From the NCBI GenBank assembly GCA_964016885.1, contig OZ024764.1, forward strand, positions 620,001 to 684,000: a stretch of 64,000 bases of DNA. The letters run 5' to 3'. Position 1 is the first letter of the stretch. The number at the start of each line of letters is the position of its first letter. This stretch comes from Eledone cirrhosa. Its lineage: Eukaryota. Made by a program: the position numbers and the translations under genes. Shown here one piece after another: positions 49,113-62,764 of the stretch. Below the pieces are notes generated by a model. It was not told where the DNA came from and searched no databases. It worked only from the letters and a program-made list of their open reading frames with translations.

Positions 49113-51389
49113 AAAATATGTAGTTTAGAAAGCCACAACAATGCAGATGGGAAATCTCGAGGTAGGAAGTGAGTAATAGGAGAAAAGTGAAAAATGAGAG
49201 AAACGAAAACAAAACAAAGGTAGAAGGATTACCGTAGTGGAGATTTAATCCCAATATTTTGGGCTCACGCCCATCAACGGAGGGAAAGTTCCAAAAGGGG
49301 GGGAACAGGCTAAGCCAGAGAAAGTTGTTGTATTGTTAAAACATAGGAATGACGTTATGGGGAAAATTCAAACGAAGGTCCTGTGTGGGCCAAATGTATA
49401 TCAAGTCCCGCCCTGCGGATGGCGTTCGTGGTATATTCAATCAGATGAGGGATTTTAAAGAAGCACTTGTATTTATCTAGGTTTCTAGTGGGTGTCTGTC
49501 TATTGGGTCTGGGGTCTGTAATTCTGTTAATCAGTCGCTTGGGATATCCATTAGACTTGAGTAGATTACAGAATTGCGTGGTATGGGTGAGGCCACCCAT
49601 CGGGTCGCTGCATATATTAGTGATCCGTGTAAGTTCATTTAGGACATAGCCTCTCTTAGCATTGTTGGGGAGGGCTGAGTTGTAATGCACAAATAAGTCC
49701 TTGCACGCTGCCTTGCGGTAGAAGGTGGTGTTTATGTCTCCTTCTTCCGAGATGTTGATATGGAAGCCGAGGAGGGCGAGTGACCCGTCTTCTTTAGGGT
49801 GTTCGATGGTGAAATCGACGTGATGGTCAGTGTCGTTAAAGATTTGGTGAATTTCATTCGCCATCTCCCGGGAAGAAGTAAGTATCGGGATGTCATCAAC
49901 GTATCTGGAGTAGAAGGCGACGGCGTTGGGTTGGCAGGTGTTGAGTGCCTTGCGTTCCAGGTGGTCCATGTACGAGATCGCAAGTATGCCGGACAGACTA
50001 GAGCCCATAGGTAGCCCAGAGATCTGTTTGTACGTGTGGCCGAGGAAATTAAAGAATGCATTATCCACAACGAAGGAGAGGAGTTGGTGGATGTCCGTGT
50101 GTGTGAGTCCGAAGTAGTGTAAGTTAGATGATCGGACTCGTTCGGTTAACAGGTCGACGGCTGGGGATGCTGGAACGGAGGTATAAAGGGCGACCACATC
50201 AAGACTGAAGGCATATCCGTTGTCCTTTCTGGTGTTGGGTGCCAAATGGTGTAGTAGCTCCAAGACCTCCTTTGAGCTGCAGACGTGGGCTGGTAGTGTG
50301 TGTAGAATGGGTTTCAGTAGTGTGGAGAACAGCCACGATATTTTGTAAAGTGGGCCCTCCACGCCAGAGCCAATGGGCCTGATTTTCAAATCAGGTCCTT
50401 GTTTATGGGTTTTCACCAGGTGGTAGGTGGGTAGTTTGCTGTTTCTAGTCGTTATGTTATTTTTTACCTTCTTTGGCAGTTGTCGTTGGACACAGATGTT
50501 AGTCCATATGGTGTTAATGCCTTCCTCGATTAGAGTCGAGGAGGTCCCTGTGACTTTCGAGTAGAGGCTGTCGTCATTAAGATGTTGGAGAGCTCGAGTT
50601 CGTCGTTGGTGAGGGTACCGGTTAGGTCGGTAACGAGGTGTGACGCATCGTTGGTAGGTAGATCGCTGTTGGGGAGTGTAGCAGAGGGTGTTGTATCGCT
50701 GTTGCCCCTGGTGTGGTTGTAGTCGGTCCGTCTGTGGGAGCGGATGTTGTCATTGTAGTATTTGTTTACAGTCCATTCGTATTTCCGTATAAGGCGCTGT
50801 TTATCGTATTTGACTCAGGTGTGGTAACATTGATCAATAGCTTCACGTATTTTCTGGACCTGGTGGTCAGGGGTGAGGGTTGGAGCTATACGATCTATGT
50901 GCTCGGAGAGCGTTTGTATATGGAGTCGCAGTTGATGGTGGTTATGTCGTAGTATTTTCTTGATACACGTGCGTTGAATGTGGCGGATGGTGTTTTCGAA
51001 GGATGGTAATCGTAAACATTCGGGTAGATGTATATTCCTGATGGTGGTTGGAATGATGTTGTTCTTTAGGCAGCGTTTTAAGAAAGTAATTTGGCAACCG
51101 AGTTTGGCAGGATTCTCCGATAGTCTGAATAAGTCCCTTATGGGTGCAAACAAGTCCTGGCTCAGGTGTAATGATAAGAGGGTGTTAAAATTTGCTTGAA
51201 GCATTGTGAAATATGTAAAATATGTAATTTAGAAAGCCACAACAATGCAGATGGGAAATCTCGAGGTAGGAAGTGAGTAAGAAATAGGAGAAAAGTGAAA
51301 AATGAGAGAAACGAAAACAAAACAAAGGTAGAAGGATTACCGTAGTGGAGATTTAATCCCAATATTTCGGGCTCACGCCCATCAACGGG
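49113..51389 (-). mobile_element. Penelope/Poseidon-like PLE between direct pLTRs; endonuclease deleted
   Basis: KTHK..IRPIGS, SLDVVALYTSVP, GLPMGSSLS, RYVDDI, FYRK; pLTRs at 49113-49375 and 51217-51389. Confidence 0.9.
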
Positions 51390-51617
51390 GTGAAAAAATA
51401 TATATATATCTTTTTAAAAAAATGTTTATATATATTAATAGATATATATATATTAATATATATATATAAATAAATATATATATATATGCAAAAGTTTTAT
51501 TTAAAATTGTTGGGTTACAACGAGTAAATATTTTATAACTGATATAAAGCACTCAACAAGTTTTGGAGTAGATATACGATATTAAACAAATGGAAACTAT
51601 ATTTATAAAACCATATT

Positions 51618-51683
51618 TATTTCATTATACATATTTCAGGGATACCATATTAAAAATATGGCATGCCTTCTTCAGATAAAATA
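51618..51683 (-). ncRNA. Hammerhead ribozyme in a diverged pLTR copy
   Basis: tattttat-CTGAAGA-long stem II-GAAA-tatgt-ATA-atgaaata. Confidence 0.7.
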
Positions 51684-52689
51684 CAATATATAAGCAGTTT
51701 TATAAATAAATTTGACGTACCATAAAATATTGATCAACTTCCATTTAAAAAAGTTGGTTTGGTAGTGAAATTTTGTAAATATTTAGTGTTAAGCACAGTT
51801 AGAAAGAAAGACGTAGAGAAGGAATAAAGGTATGTAAAGAAAAACAGCGAGAGATAGAGAGATATATGGGAGAGAGAAATAGTGAGGAGGTGAAAAATGA
51901 GAGGCAGCTGAGGTAACAGATGAATAATAATAATCATCATACAAATTGAGAGATTTAGGAGGGAGGGAGTACTGTAATTATTTATTTATTTAGTTATAGT
52001 GTTAAGGAGACGGAGATAAATAAAAAATAACTAAAGAGAAAACAGCGATACTTAGATTACATCATGTATAGAGGGAGGAGAAGAAAGCTATATCTAGAGA
52101 GAAGGATGACAGATTTACAGCTTTACGTTATGTCCCATCATTTTGAATTATCAATTCATATGAATTGGGTATTATACTGTAAATATCAATATTCATGAAT
52201 GAGACATAGATATATAATGTGTGAAAAATAATGACCATATGTTTAGTTTAAAAATTCTCATATATTGTTAATAACTCCCTCTGGTCGAGCAATCTTTGAA
52301 GTGTGGGGACAACTGGAAAGCTTCCATTACTCATACTTCTAGCCTTCTTCACCACCTCTTCTGCGGCCTCGATATGAATACCCCCTCCGCCTCCGTGGTA
52401 TTTTCTTTGTGGTTATAAGAGGCTTAGCTCTGTTTCTCGACCGTTATATCGCGTGACTATCTCCCCCTCCGCCTTTTGGGATTCTTTCTCACGTCGTGTA
52501 GACGCGTTCTTGAGACTAGTAAAATGAGGTATCCTCTTGATAAGTCGGCAGACCTCGCAGGGACTCTATATCTTTATGATATATTGTTTTTGTTTATGCC
52601 ACGAAACTACGTAGTCGAGGAATTTAGGAGCAGTTTAGGTATGATACATTTTATTACTAATTATATCTAAATGTTTCTTCTCTCTTCAT

Positions 52690-53283
<594 letters not shown>

Positions 53284-53321
53284 ATTAAATAAATGGAAAA
53301 CTATATTTATAAAACCATATT

Positions 53322-53387
53322 TATTTCATTATATATATTTCGGGGATATCATATTAACAATATGCTATGCCTTCATCAGACAAAATA
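53322..53387 (-). ncRNA. Hammerhead ribozyme in the 3' pLTR of the Naiad at 54801-57006
   Basis: tattttgt-CTGATGA-stem II-GAAA-tatat-ATA-atgaaata; same sequence as 57187-57252. Confidence 0.75.
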
Positions 53388-54800
53388 CAATATAAACAGT
53401 TTTATAGATAAATAGATTCGACATACCGTAATAAACACCGACTTCATTTGAAGAGGTTTACGCTAGCAGTGAAAATTTTATACAGAGAGAAAGAAAGAGA
53501 AAAAAGAAAGAAAGACAAAACGAAGAAAAGGAAGAAAAAGAAAGAGAAGAAATGCATGGAACAAAATAGAGAGATGGAAAAATAGATAAAGCGAAGAGCT
53601 TCATGTAAAGAAACAGAAAGAGATATATATATATAGAGAGAGAGAGGAAATAGAGATAGATACATATATATATAGAAAATTAGGTAGTGGGAGGTCATTT
53701 TGAGTAAGTGTATCAATGATACATTTATTTATTTATTTAGCTCAAGTATTAATGTAAGGGAGATATATAGAGAGAGAAAAAAATAGCGAGAGAAAAAATT
53801 TAAAAATAGCCAGACATATTCGAGGCGTAGAAAACCCTATGTTTTAATGTATTAGTATTTATAAAACTTACACTATATTGTAAATATCAGTATTCCTGAA
53901 TGAAACAAGTATCATAATGTGTGAAAATTAATTATCTTATGTTTAGTTTTAAAAAATTCACATGTTTATGTGACAGCTACAAACATCCATGTGAATCCAA
54001 CTGATTCACTCTGCAAACTCTATGTTACCGGAAAACATTCTCAATGTGGTATAAAAATTTGAGCGTATTATTATTCCTGTCATTATTCTACAAGATTATC
54101 TATCAAGCAGAAATAGAGAGCAGATTTCAATATACTAATAAAAAATATATATTATATTATAAACAAAACTAAAAATAAAAAGATAACAATAATAATAATA
54201 AGTAAAAATATAGAATAGAAAACTAAAAAAAATATTACGAAAGAATATTACATAATAAAAATATTACATATTAAAAATACTACGTATTAAAAAATATTAC
54301 GTATTAAAAATTTACATATTAAAGATATTAAAAATAAAATAAACAATAAAAAAATAAAAAAATATTATAGAATACTACAATACTAAAAAATAAAAATAAA
54401 AATAAAAATAAAAATAAAAATAAACCACAAAGAACAACCCTTCAAAGTTAATTGACAATATATTGCCAAGTTCATTACAAGACAAAGCCAAAAATTATCT
54501 ATCAAATCACATCTAGCAAAGAACATTTCAAAAAGATTATGATGTCCAATTAGGTCTACATATGTTCTTATATTTAATATAGAAGTTTATCTAGTGTAAG
54601 GTTAATTCAAAAAATTTGGAGCATCGGCTTTTAGGGTAGCTTCATTTTTCATGAGGAATGTTTAGATAAAAATAAAAATAAAATAAAAATAAAAATAAAA
54701 ATAAACAATAAAAAAAAGAGTAAAAAGAGGGAATCAAAGATTTAGGAATCAAAAAATTTATCGGCTAGTTCACATATAAATATAAATCAAACTAAATATA

Positions 54801-57006
54801 CTACATTTTAAATTTAAATTTATATTTAAACGTTGAGTTTAATCTATGTTTGCAACAACTGAATAAATTTGTCCGTAGGTTAAGGGAATTTTTAGATTTT
54901 AGTATAAAGAATATCTCCTCTGCGCAGAGGTCACATGTCTCAGATGATGAATTAAAAGGAATCCCTCTTGAGACTATATTCCAAGCCGTCGAATATCTAA
55001 CGTTATCTAGCTTAAGTTGCCAGAGTACGCCTGATAGTGCCGTTGAAGATTTTTTACTTGGATCTGTGAAAGAATTCTTGTGGTTATTATAGCGAAGTTT
55101 AAATTCCGTCGATGTGGAACCGACGTAGTTAAAAGAATTAGAGTCAGTATTAACATTACAATTGTATACTATATTTTTAACTAAGCAGTTGTTATTTAAC
55201 GGACATTTAGATCTATCTCTACAGTTACATTTGTTAACTTGTATATTATTTATGCTATTATCAGTAGGTTTTAAGTTCCTATTATTTATTCTATTAATAT
55301 TTTGTGCTAAATTTTTGGTGGATGAGTAGGTCAATTTAATTGTATGCCTATTGAAGATTGAGTGATACCTATGTGTTCTAGGGAAGCGATTATCAAGAGC
55401 TTTGAAAAATAATTTAGCGATGTGGGTTTTAATGTTTAGTGAGAAAGGGGGGGGCAAACCAAATTATGTTCCTAGTTCTATTTCTTTTTTGTCCTTTGGA
55501 ATTATTGTAATGCTTTCTATTATAGTTGTTAATGTTGTTGCCGTAATTAAAAAAGTTGTTACTTTGTTTAGTTTGTCTATCATTATCTATGTACACAATC
55601 TTATCAGCATATCCTGCCCTAGCTAGTGCATCATTATAGTACTGGGCCTTTTCGTCAAAAATCTTTCTATTCAACGAAATCCTAGAGATACGTTTTTGGA
55701 CTGAGTTTACTATAGTGTTTTTGACAGATCTGGGGTGGTTAGAGTTAAAGTTGACATAGTTTAAGTTTTCATTCAACTTGTGAAAAGGATAGTGGAGACG
55801 TGTTGAGATTTAATGTTATATCTAGGAAATTGACTATTCTATGGTTGTTCTCAATTTCTATTTTAAGGTTAAAGTAATTAAAAAATTTTGTAATTTGTTT
55901 ACATTTTCTATTTAGTTCAGGGTTATTATTATTAATAAGTAAAAGCATGTCATCCCTATATAAACCTCCGGTAGTACCAGGTATTTTCCTATGTAGCGAA
56001 TTGATTAAAAATAAGCCCACAAGGTCAGTTACCTGAGCTGAGTCGGAAGATCCCATAGTTATGTCAAAATTGCTATCTCTATCTGCTCTGGTCCATAATT
56101 TGTCATTAAATTCTATCAAAGTTTTCCTAGCCGATAATATAATATGCATTTCTTTGCTAGTTAGGTCAGTATGTTTGAATGCGTAATTTAGTGCCTTATT
56201 TAGTAGACTAGGGGTAATAGAAGAATAATAGTTAGCTATATCAAGTTGAATAAACCTATTATTATTGTTATATTTAATTTGCCTAAACCACTCAACAACC
56301 TCTCCAGTTCCCTTCCACAAGCTCAGGTTAGATACACAATCCAAGTTCTTAATTTGCTGTATCACCCTGTCAAGAATGTTTTTGCTTAATTTGCCCAGGT
56401 CCGATTTTGAAGGTGCGATCAATCTAACTGGCAGGTCATTTTCAAAATTCCTCTTGTGGTCCTTCATATTGATCTTCGGTTTCCTGGGCACGAAAGGTTG
56501 TGTTCTGTTCTCAATTTCCAACTCGTGCATTATACAAGATGCTTCGACATTCATTTTCTCAAGTTCGGCCTTACCTTGTACTTTTTCCTCAGCTCTTTCA
56601 GTATGAGGCCATTATACATGTCTTTCCGCACTCCATAGAGGTTGTTGGTCTTGTCAGATTTCACCAAGATCTTCACAGTTTTCTCTAAGCTCTCAATGTT
56701 ATCCTTAATGCCTTTCAGATATTCCTGGCCTTTAAAGTTTCTCTTGAATTTGACCCCTTGTATGATAGAAATTATATCGTTTTCAAAGTCAGATAAAAGT
56801 TTGTTAGGGGGTGGATTTCTTTTAGATTTGAAAACTTTGTTTAAGTCCGAGATATTTTCGTCTGCATTAGATTTATCAAAGTGGAATGCACGCCACCTGA
56901 TTCTCCTTATAAAAGAGTCAGATTTATCTATTAATTGTTTTACAAAGTCTTTGTTTCTAGGTAGAGGTATGTCTTTTAGAGAGGAAGTAATCTTAAAGAA
57001 TTCCAT
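54801..57006 (-). mobile_element. Full-length Naiad-type PLE ORF (frameshifted); terminal-repeat copies at about 53280-53460 and 57050-57300
   Basis: SLKDIP, SDKT, QLDIANYYSSI, MGSSDSAQ, YRDD, CNCRDRSKCPLNNNCL, NYVGST, CDLC. Confidence 0.94.
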
Positions 57007-57053
57007 TTTTCCAGTTATAATATAAAGCGCTCAACAGTATTGGAGCAAGATAC

Positions 57054-57568
57054 ATGTAAAGTTATATTTAAAATTGTTGGGTTACAACTAGTAAATATTT
57101 ATAACTGATATAAAAGCACTTGACAAATATTTGGAGTATATTTACAATATTAAATAAATGGAAAACTATATTTATAAAACCATATTTATTTCATTATATA
57201 TATTTCGGGGATATCATATTAACAATATGCTATGCCTTCATCAGACAAAATACAATATAAACAGTTTTATAGATAAATAGATTCGACATACCGTAATAAA
57301 CCTCTTCAAATGAAGTCGGTGTTTATTACGGTATGTCGAATCTATTTATCTATAAAACTGTTTATATTGTATTTTGTCTGATGAAGGCATAGCATATTGT
57401 TAATATGATATCCCCGAAATATATATAATGAAATAAATATGGTTTTATAAATATAGTTTTCCATTTATTTAATATTGTAAATATACTCCAAATATTTGTT
57501 GAGTGCTTTTATATCAGTTATAAATATTTACTAGTTGTAACCCAACAATTTTAAATATAACTTTACAT
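57054..57568. repeat. Near-perfect inverted repeat with ~250-bp arms; each arm carries a hammerhead (minus 57187-57252, plus 57370-57435)
   Basis: Arms are reverse-complementary around the spacer CTCTTCAAATGAAGTCGGT (57302-57320). Confidence 0.95.
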
Positions 57569-57674
57569 ATATATACACACACACACGCACACGCACACAT
57601 ACATACATACACACACACACATACAAATATATATATATACGCATATATACACACATAAAACACATATACACACA

Positions 57675-57716
<42 letters not shown>

Positions 57717-57932
57717 TACATATACACACTTACAAACAAATGTATACACATACAAATAAATAGGTACTCAATAAATATACGCATATACGCAAGCACATAA
57801 AGACACCTCTACAGGCAGAAAATGTAGATACGAAAGAGGTACTCACATAACCATAGTGGCCGTATTTCAGGTTGAGGAGGAGTGGGGGTAGGGTGGGGAG
57901 GAGGTATAGGGGCCAATAGGGGGAGGTCGTTT

Positions 57933-58310
57933 TTAGCCATTGGGCTTTAACACTGGCTTAAAGTGTTTGAAAGTTGCAAAGTTCTTGTGCATGCAGTTCG
58001 GGCAGTGTTCAGAGAGTTTGTTCAGTAGCGGGCCCTTGGCGAATAAAATTTCGTAGCTCTCTGAAATACAAAGGTCGCAGCCCTTGTGTCCTCCGTTGTA
58101 AGAGCGCGCTTTCTGGAGTATTTTCCAATTAAGCGTGAAGGGGGTGGAGTTCCTTTTGAGGTCCCAAACGTAGGAGGCGAGTGTTGTCTGATTTGATTTA
58201 TCCGGTCTTCTGAAGGAGTGGGTATGGGCATACCAACGGGTCTTAAAGTTGTTGGAGGTCATGCCGATGTAAGTTTTTTTGCAATCCTCGGTGCCTGAGA
58301 TGACATCGCA
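57933..58310 (-). mobile_element. Naiad-type PLE GIY-YIG fragment
   Basis: IYKC..TYIGMT, FKTRWYAH, CDLCISE, CMH. Confidence 0.88.
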
Positions 58311-58330
58311 TTTGTATATATATATTAATA

Positions 58331-59262
58331 GTATTGAAATTTCCGTTGGAAACAGAAAAGGTCATAGAAATGAAGAGTGTTCTATGTAAGTATCAGAGCA
58401 AAATTTAATGTATAAAAATCAATACAATATAATTACCTCATTACCAGAGGTTTCCCGAATGAGGCGAATACGAAATAAACGACTTCATTCGTTCGTCAGA
58501 CGAGGCAATATAAAACATGGGTAAATACTTAGAAAAACTCAAGAAAATCAAAAAAAGATATAGATAAATGAAATAGAAATTGAAATATATAAAAATCTAT
58601 CAAGAAATATAGTTAGGTGTGTGTATATGTATGTATATACGCTCACAGATGTGCATATATGTATATGCGCACATGTATATGTATAGTGAGAAAGTGTGTG
58701 TAATTCTAAAATTTAGGGCAAATGTATCTATATGTCTGTAATCTACAGACAGAATAGTTACATCATAAATATATGAATATGAAGGCGCGCGCATAAAACG
58801 CCTGCACACTCGTACACTTAGATGCGGAAAGAAAGGAGGTAAGGGCGTGTAATAATTAAAAGAAAAGTATCAGTCTCGATATATTTATAAAAATATAATA
58901 AGGATAAATTAGAAAGAAAAAATTAAAGAAAACAAAAAAAGGGGGTACATACATACATACACAGACAAGCGTGTCTCACAAAAGAAATGTAAAAATAATT
59001 ATGCTTATATACACACGCGCACTTACACATCCATCCATACGTACACACACACACACACACTTATACTCACGCATATAAACCTGTTTGCATGCCCACGCAT
59101 GAAACTGAGTAAGTAAAAAAAAAGGAGGGGGGGGGGGAAAGAAAAAAGGAACAAAACATAAAACCGAGATGTCAAAAACACGGATATAAAGACACGTACA
59201 CATACGCATAATATATACATACACACACACACAAACACATGTACACACACACATATATATAT

Positions 59263-59308
<46 letters not shown>

Positions 59309-62090
59309 GCACGCGCGCGCACATACGTAGTCACTCATGTACATATATAAAAAGTATACACACATTAAGGCGTTCAGCCATATTGATACAGGGTGTAAAA
59401 AACTTGTGGGATAAATAAGTACAAATATAAAATTGTAAGATAGGCTGCGCAAAAATAAAATAAAAATAAAAATAAAAATGAAAAATATATCTGGATTGAA
59501 AAACACAAAAGACATGTGTAATCAGTTAGTGGAGGAAAAAGGGAAGTAAAAAATAGAAAGTGGATCGGAGAATAAAGGGGGGAGGGGATGTGAAGTAAAA
59601 ATAAATGAAATTATTGACAAGGATAAAAATGAAAGTAAGTCAGAAAGGGTAGTTAAAAAGAATAATAAGAGTTAATGGAGGATAAGTATCTGAAAGTGTG
59701 TTAAGTTTATATGAGCTGGAAAGCCGGTGTGATTTCATGTGTGGGCAACTGGTGAAAATTTCCATCTTTGTGTTCAGGCAGGTCTTTGGTGATTTTAGAT
59801 TTTGCAATATCCAAAATTTTTCATTTATGCAGAGCGTGCATTTTCTTGTTCCTCTAGCATATTCTTTAGATTGGTTCAAAATTGACTAATCTAGTTTATA
59901 TTGGATGCCTTGGTCTTTCAAATCCCAAATTCTGCTAGCCAGAGCTGTTGTAAATCTTTTTTCTGGATGTCGAAAGGATGCGACATGTGAGTAATAACGC
60001 GTTTTGAATCTGTCTTGCGTCATACCCACATATCGTTCACTGGTGGCTGGATGGTTGTTGCTGATGGTTGTCACTTTAGCCGCATATACAATGGCTTTGG
60101 TGTTGCATTTACCTTGTAATGGGCATTCACTTTTGATTCTACAGGAGCAAGTTTGATTTTCTCTAGGTGATATTTTGTTGAGGATATAGGACTTAATAGG
60201 GGGACCGCAGGAATAGCTAATTTTAACACAGTTTCTGTTAAAGATCTTATAGTATCTATGTGTTCTAGGGAAATGTTTATCTAGGAGTTCTAGGAATGTT
60301 TTGCCTACATTAGTTTTAACTGCTAGAGAGTAGGGGGGTGTGAACCAGATTATTTTTCTTTTCCTATTTTTATGTTTAATAGAGTTAGTGTAGTTAGGTA
60401 TGTATTTAATCGGTTCGCTAAAGCCGCTATTTTGGAGGGCTTTATTATAGTAGGGGGATGCCTTATTAAAAATAGCTTCTGAGGAAGAGAGGGTGGAGAT
60501 CCTACGGCTAATATTAGGGATAAGGTTTTTAAAAACTATAGGTGGATGGCAAGATCCTTTATTTATATATTTTAAGTTTTCATTAGGTTTATGGTATGGT
60601 TTATACGAAGCAGTAGGCAAATCTAGGTTTATATCTAGGAAATCTATGTTGGAAAGGTTAGTGTCAATAGTAATTTTAAGATTAAAACTAGCGAAGGTTT
60701 TTATTAAGTCTTTCCTTAATCTATCTAAGTTATGGCCTATGGTGGTATGGGAAAGTATTAGACCATCATCGCGATAAAGCCCAAAAATATGGTTAGGAAA
60801 TTTTTCTTTAAGTGTATGTAAGAGGAATAGGCCGACCAGATCACAAACCTCGGCACTGTCATAAGAGCCCATTGAGACATAGAATGGGTTCTCTGGGTTA
60901 GATATTTTTACCCAAGTGTCATTATCATTAAAAAGTAGAGTGTTCCTAGCATGCAAGATGACATTCTCTTCAATATCGGAGATATTAGTGAACCCTCTAG
61001 CGAAATTTAAAGCTTTCACTAAAAGGGTCTGAGTAATAGATGGGTAGAAATCTACAATGTCAAATTGGGTGAATCTAGAACTGATTTTGTTTTTAATATT
61101 ATTAAACCAATGTACTACGGAAGAGCTATTTATCCATTGGAATAATTTAGACTTACTTCTAATGTGTGTATTTAATTTATTTAAAATTTTTTTGCTGGCA
61201 AGACCAATATCAGTCTTAGCAGGGTTGATTAATCTACAACTAGGACGATTAATAAAGTCGGGTTTATGATCTTTAAGGGTGATATACGCAGAACGTTTAG
61301 CAAGTTTTCCTGTCCTATTATCTATTTTTAAAGAAACAGCTAATTCTTTAGCTTCCTTATTTATATTATGGTACGTATTTATATTAGCTATTTGGTATTT
61401 AGAGGTGATATTATCTATTAATAGTTGGTCGTGTAAATTATTATTAACTTCATATAGGTTTTTAGTTTTATCAGAGAAGATGAACTTATTAGAAGATTTG
61501 AAAGTAGAAATATCATTAGATAATTTAGATTGAAAGGGGTTAGAGTACTTACGAAAAATGATGTTGTTGATAAGGTTAACTAGGTCTAATTCAAAGGCGG
61601 TCATATCTTTTACTCTTTGCGGGTATTTGTGAGTTTTGATGTCAAAATATTCCGTAGAATCCGTGTTAAATTGTCCATCGAGAATCAAAGCTTTCCATCT
61701 CATTCTTTTAACAACCTTCTCTACTTTGTCTATCAGTATTTTCGTGTAGAGAGTGTTAGGTGTTGGGATATTCTTTACAGAGTAGTCCAAAGGGTATTTA
61801 TCCATGTTCGGTATTGGTTTAAAATCCTATAACTGAAGAGTGCTCGACTTTAAAAGGGCTGGAAGGTGCCAATCTCATAACGATGTAGAATATGCTGCGA
61901 TCATTCCCTTGGGAGCTTTATAAGTATTGAAATTTCCGTTGGAAACAGAAAAGGTCATAGAAATGAAGAGTGCTCTATGTCAGTATCAGAGCAAAATTTA
62001 ATGTATAAAAATCAATACAATATAATTACCTCATTACCAGAGGTTTCCCGAATGAGGCGAATACGAAATAAACGACTTCATTCGTTCGTC
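58331..62090 (-). mobile_element. Complete Naiad-type PLE insertion: near-intact ORF (59886-61805 plus frameshifted 59640-59879), direct terminal repeats and 8-bp TSD
   Basis: TATTAATA at 58323-58330 and 62091-62098; repeats about 58331-58498 and 61923-62090; SVKNIP, QFDIVDFYPSI, MGSYDSAE, YRDDG, CSCR..CPLQGKC, RYVGMT, CTLC. Confidence 0.95.
58436..58505 (-). ncRNA. Hammerhead ribozyme (CTGACGA variant) in the Naiad 3' repeat
   Basis: cctcgt-CTGACGA-acgaatga..tcattcgg-GAAACC-tct-GGTA-atgagg; the upstream copy is cut off within the core at 62090. Confidence 0.8.
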
Positions 62091-62764
62091 TATTAATATA
62101 TATATATATATATATTGTTATACTTGGGGAGGGTCATATTTGCGTAATATTGCCAGAATTAATAACAGAACACACTCACTGTTTGGTTGGTTTTCGCTTC
62201 TCGCTGTCTTTTATATCTGCGATCTAACTTACTCGGTCCTCAATGTTGCCATTGACTGACCGACGGTCAAAAATAATACAGATACAATATAGACACAAAC
62301 ACATATATATAGTTTACATAATTTACATAAATCTTTCGTTGCACATCTGCAACATCGTCACTGGTGTTATATTTTTTTCCTCCTGTTGTGTTGTATGTCT
62401 ACGCCATTTTTTTATTCAGTCTGTCTATATATTTATTTATTTATTTGCTTGTTTGTTTATTTTATTTTGTCTTCTTTGCGCATGCGTTTGCGTGTGTGTA
62501 TAGTGTTATGTGTGCTGTGTGTATAGTGTTGTGTCTGTTGTGTGACTAGTGTTTGTTTATGTGCTTGTTGTTATTGTGCTTGTGTATGTATTTATTTATC
62601 TTATTTTATTTTATTTACTTATTTATACTTCTCTTAGGTCAGTGTTGTTTGTTTGGGTGTTGTTCCACTCATTCTTTCTGTTTAGCTTTGGTCTTCTAAT
62701 TTCTATTTCACTGGCCTCTCTGATTTGCCTATCTGCTGGGTCATTCCTATGTTTAGATATTATT

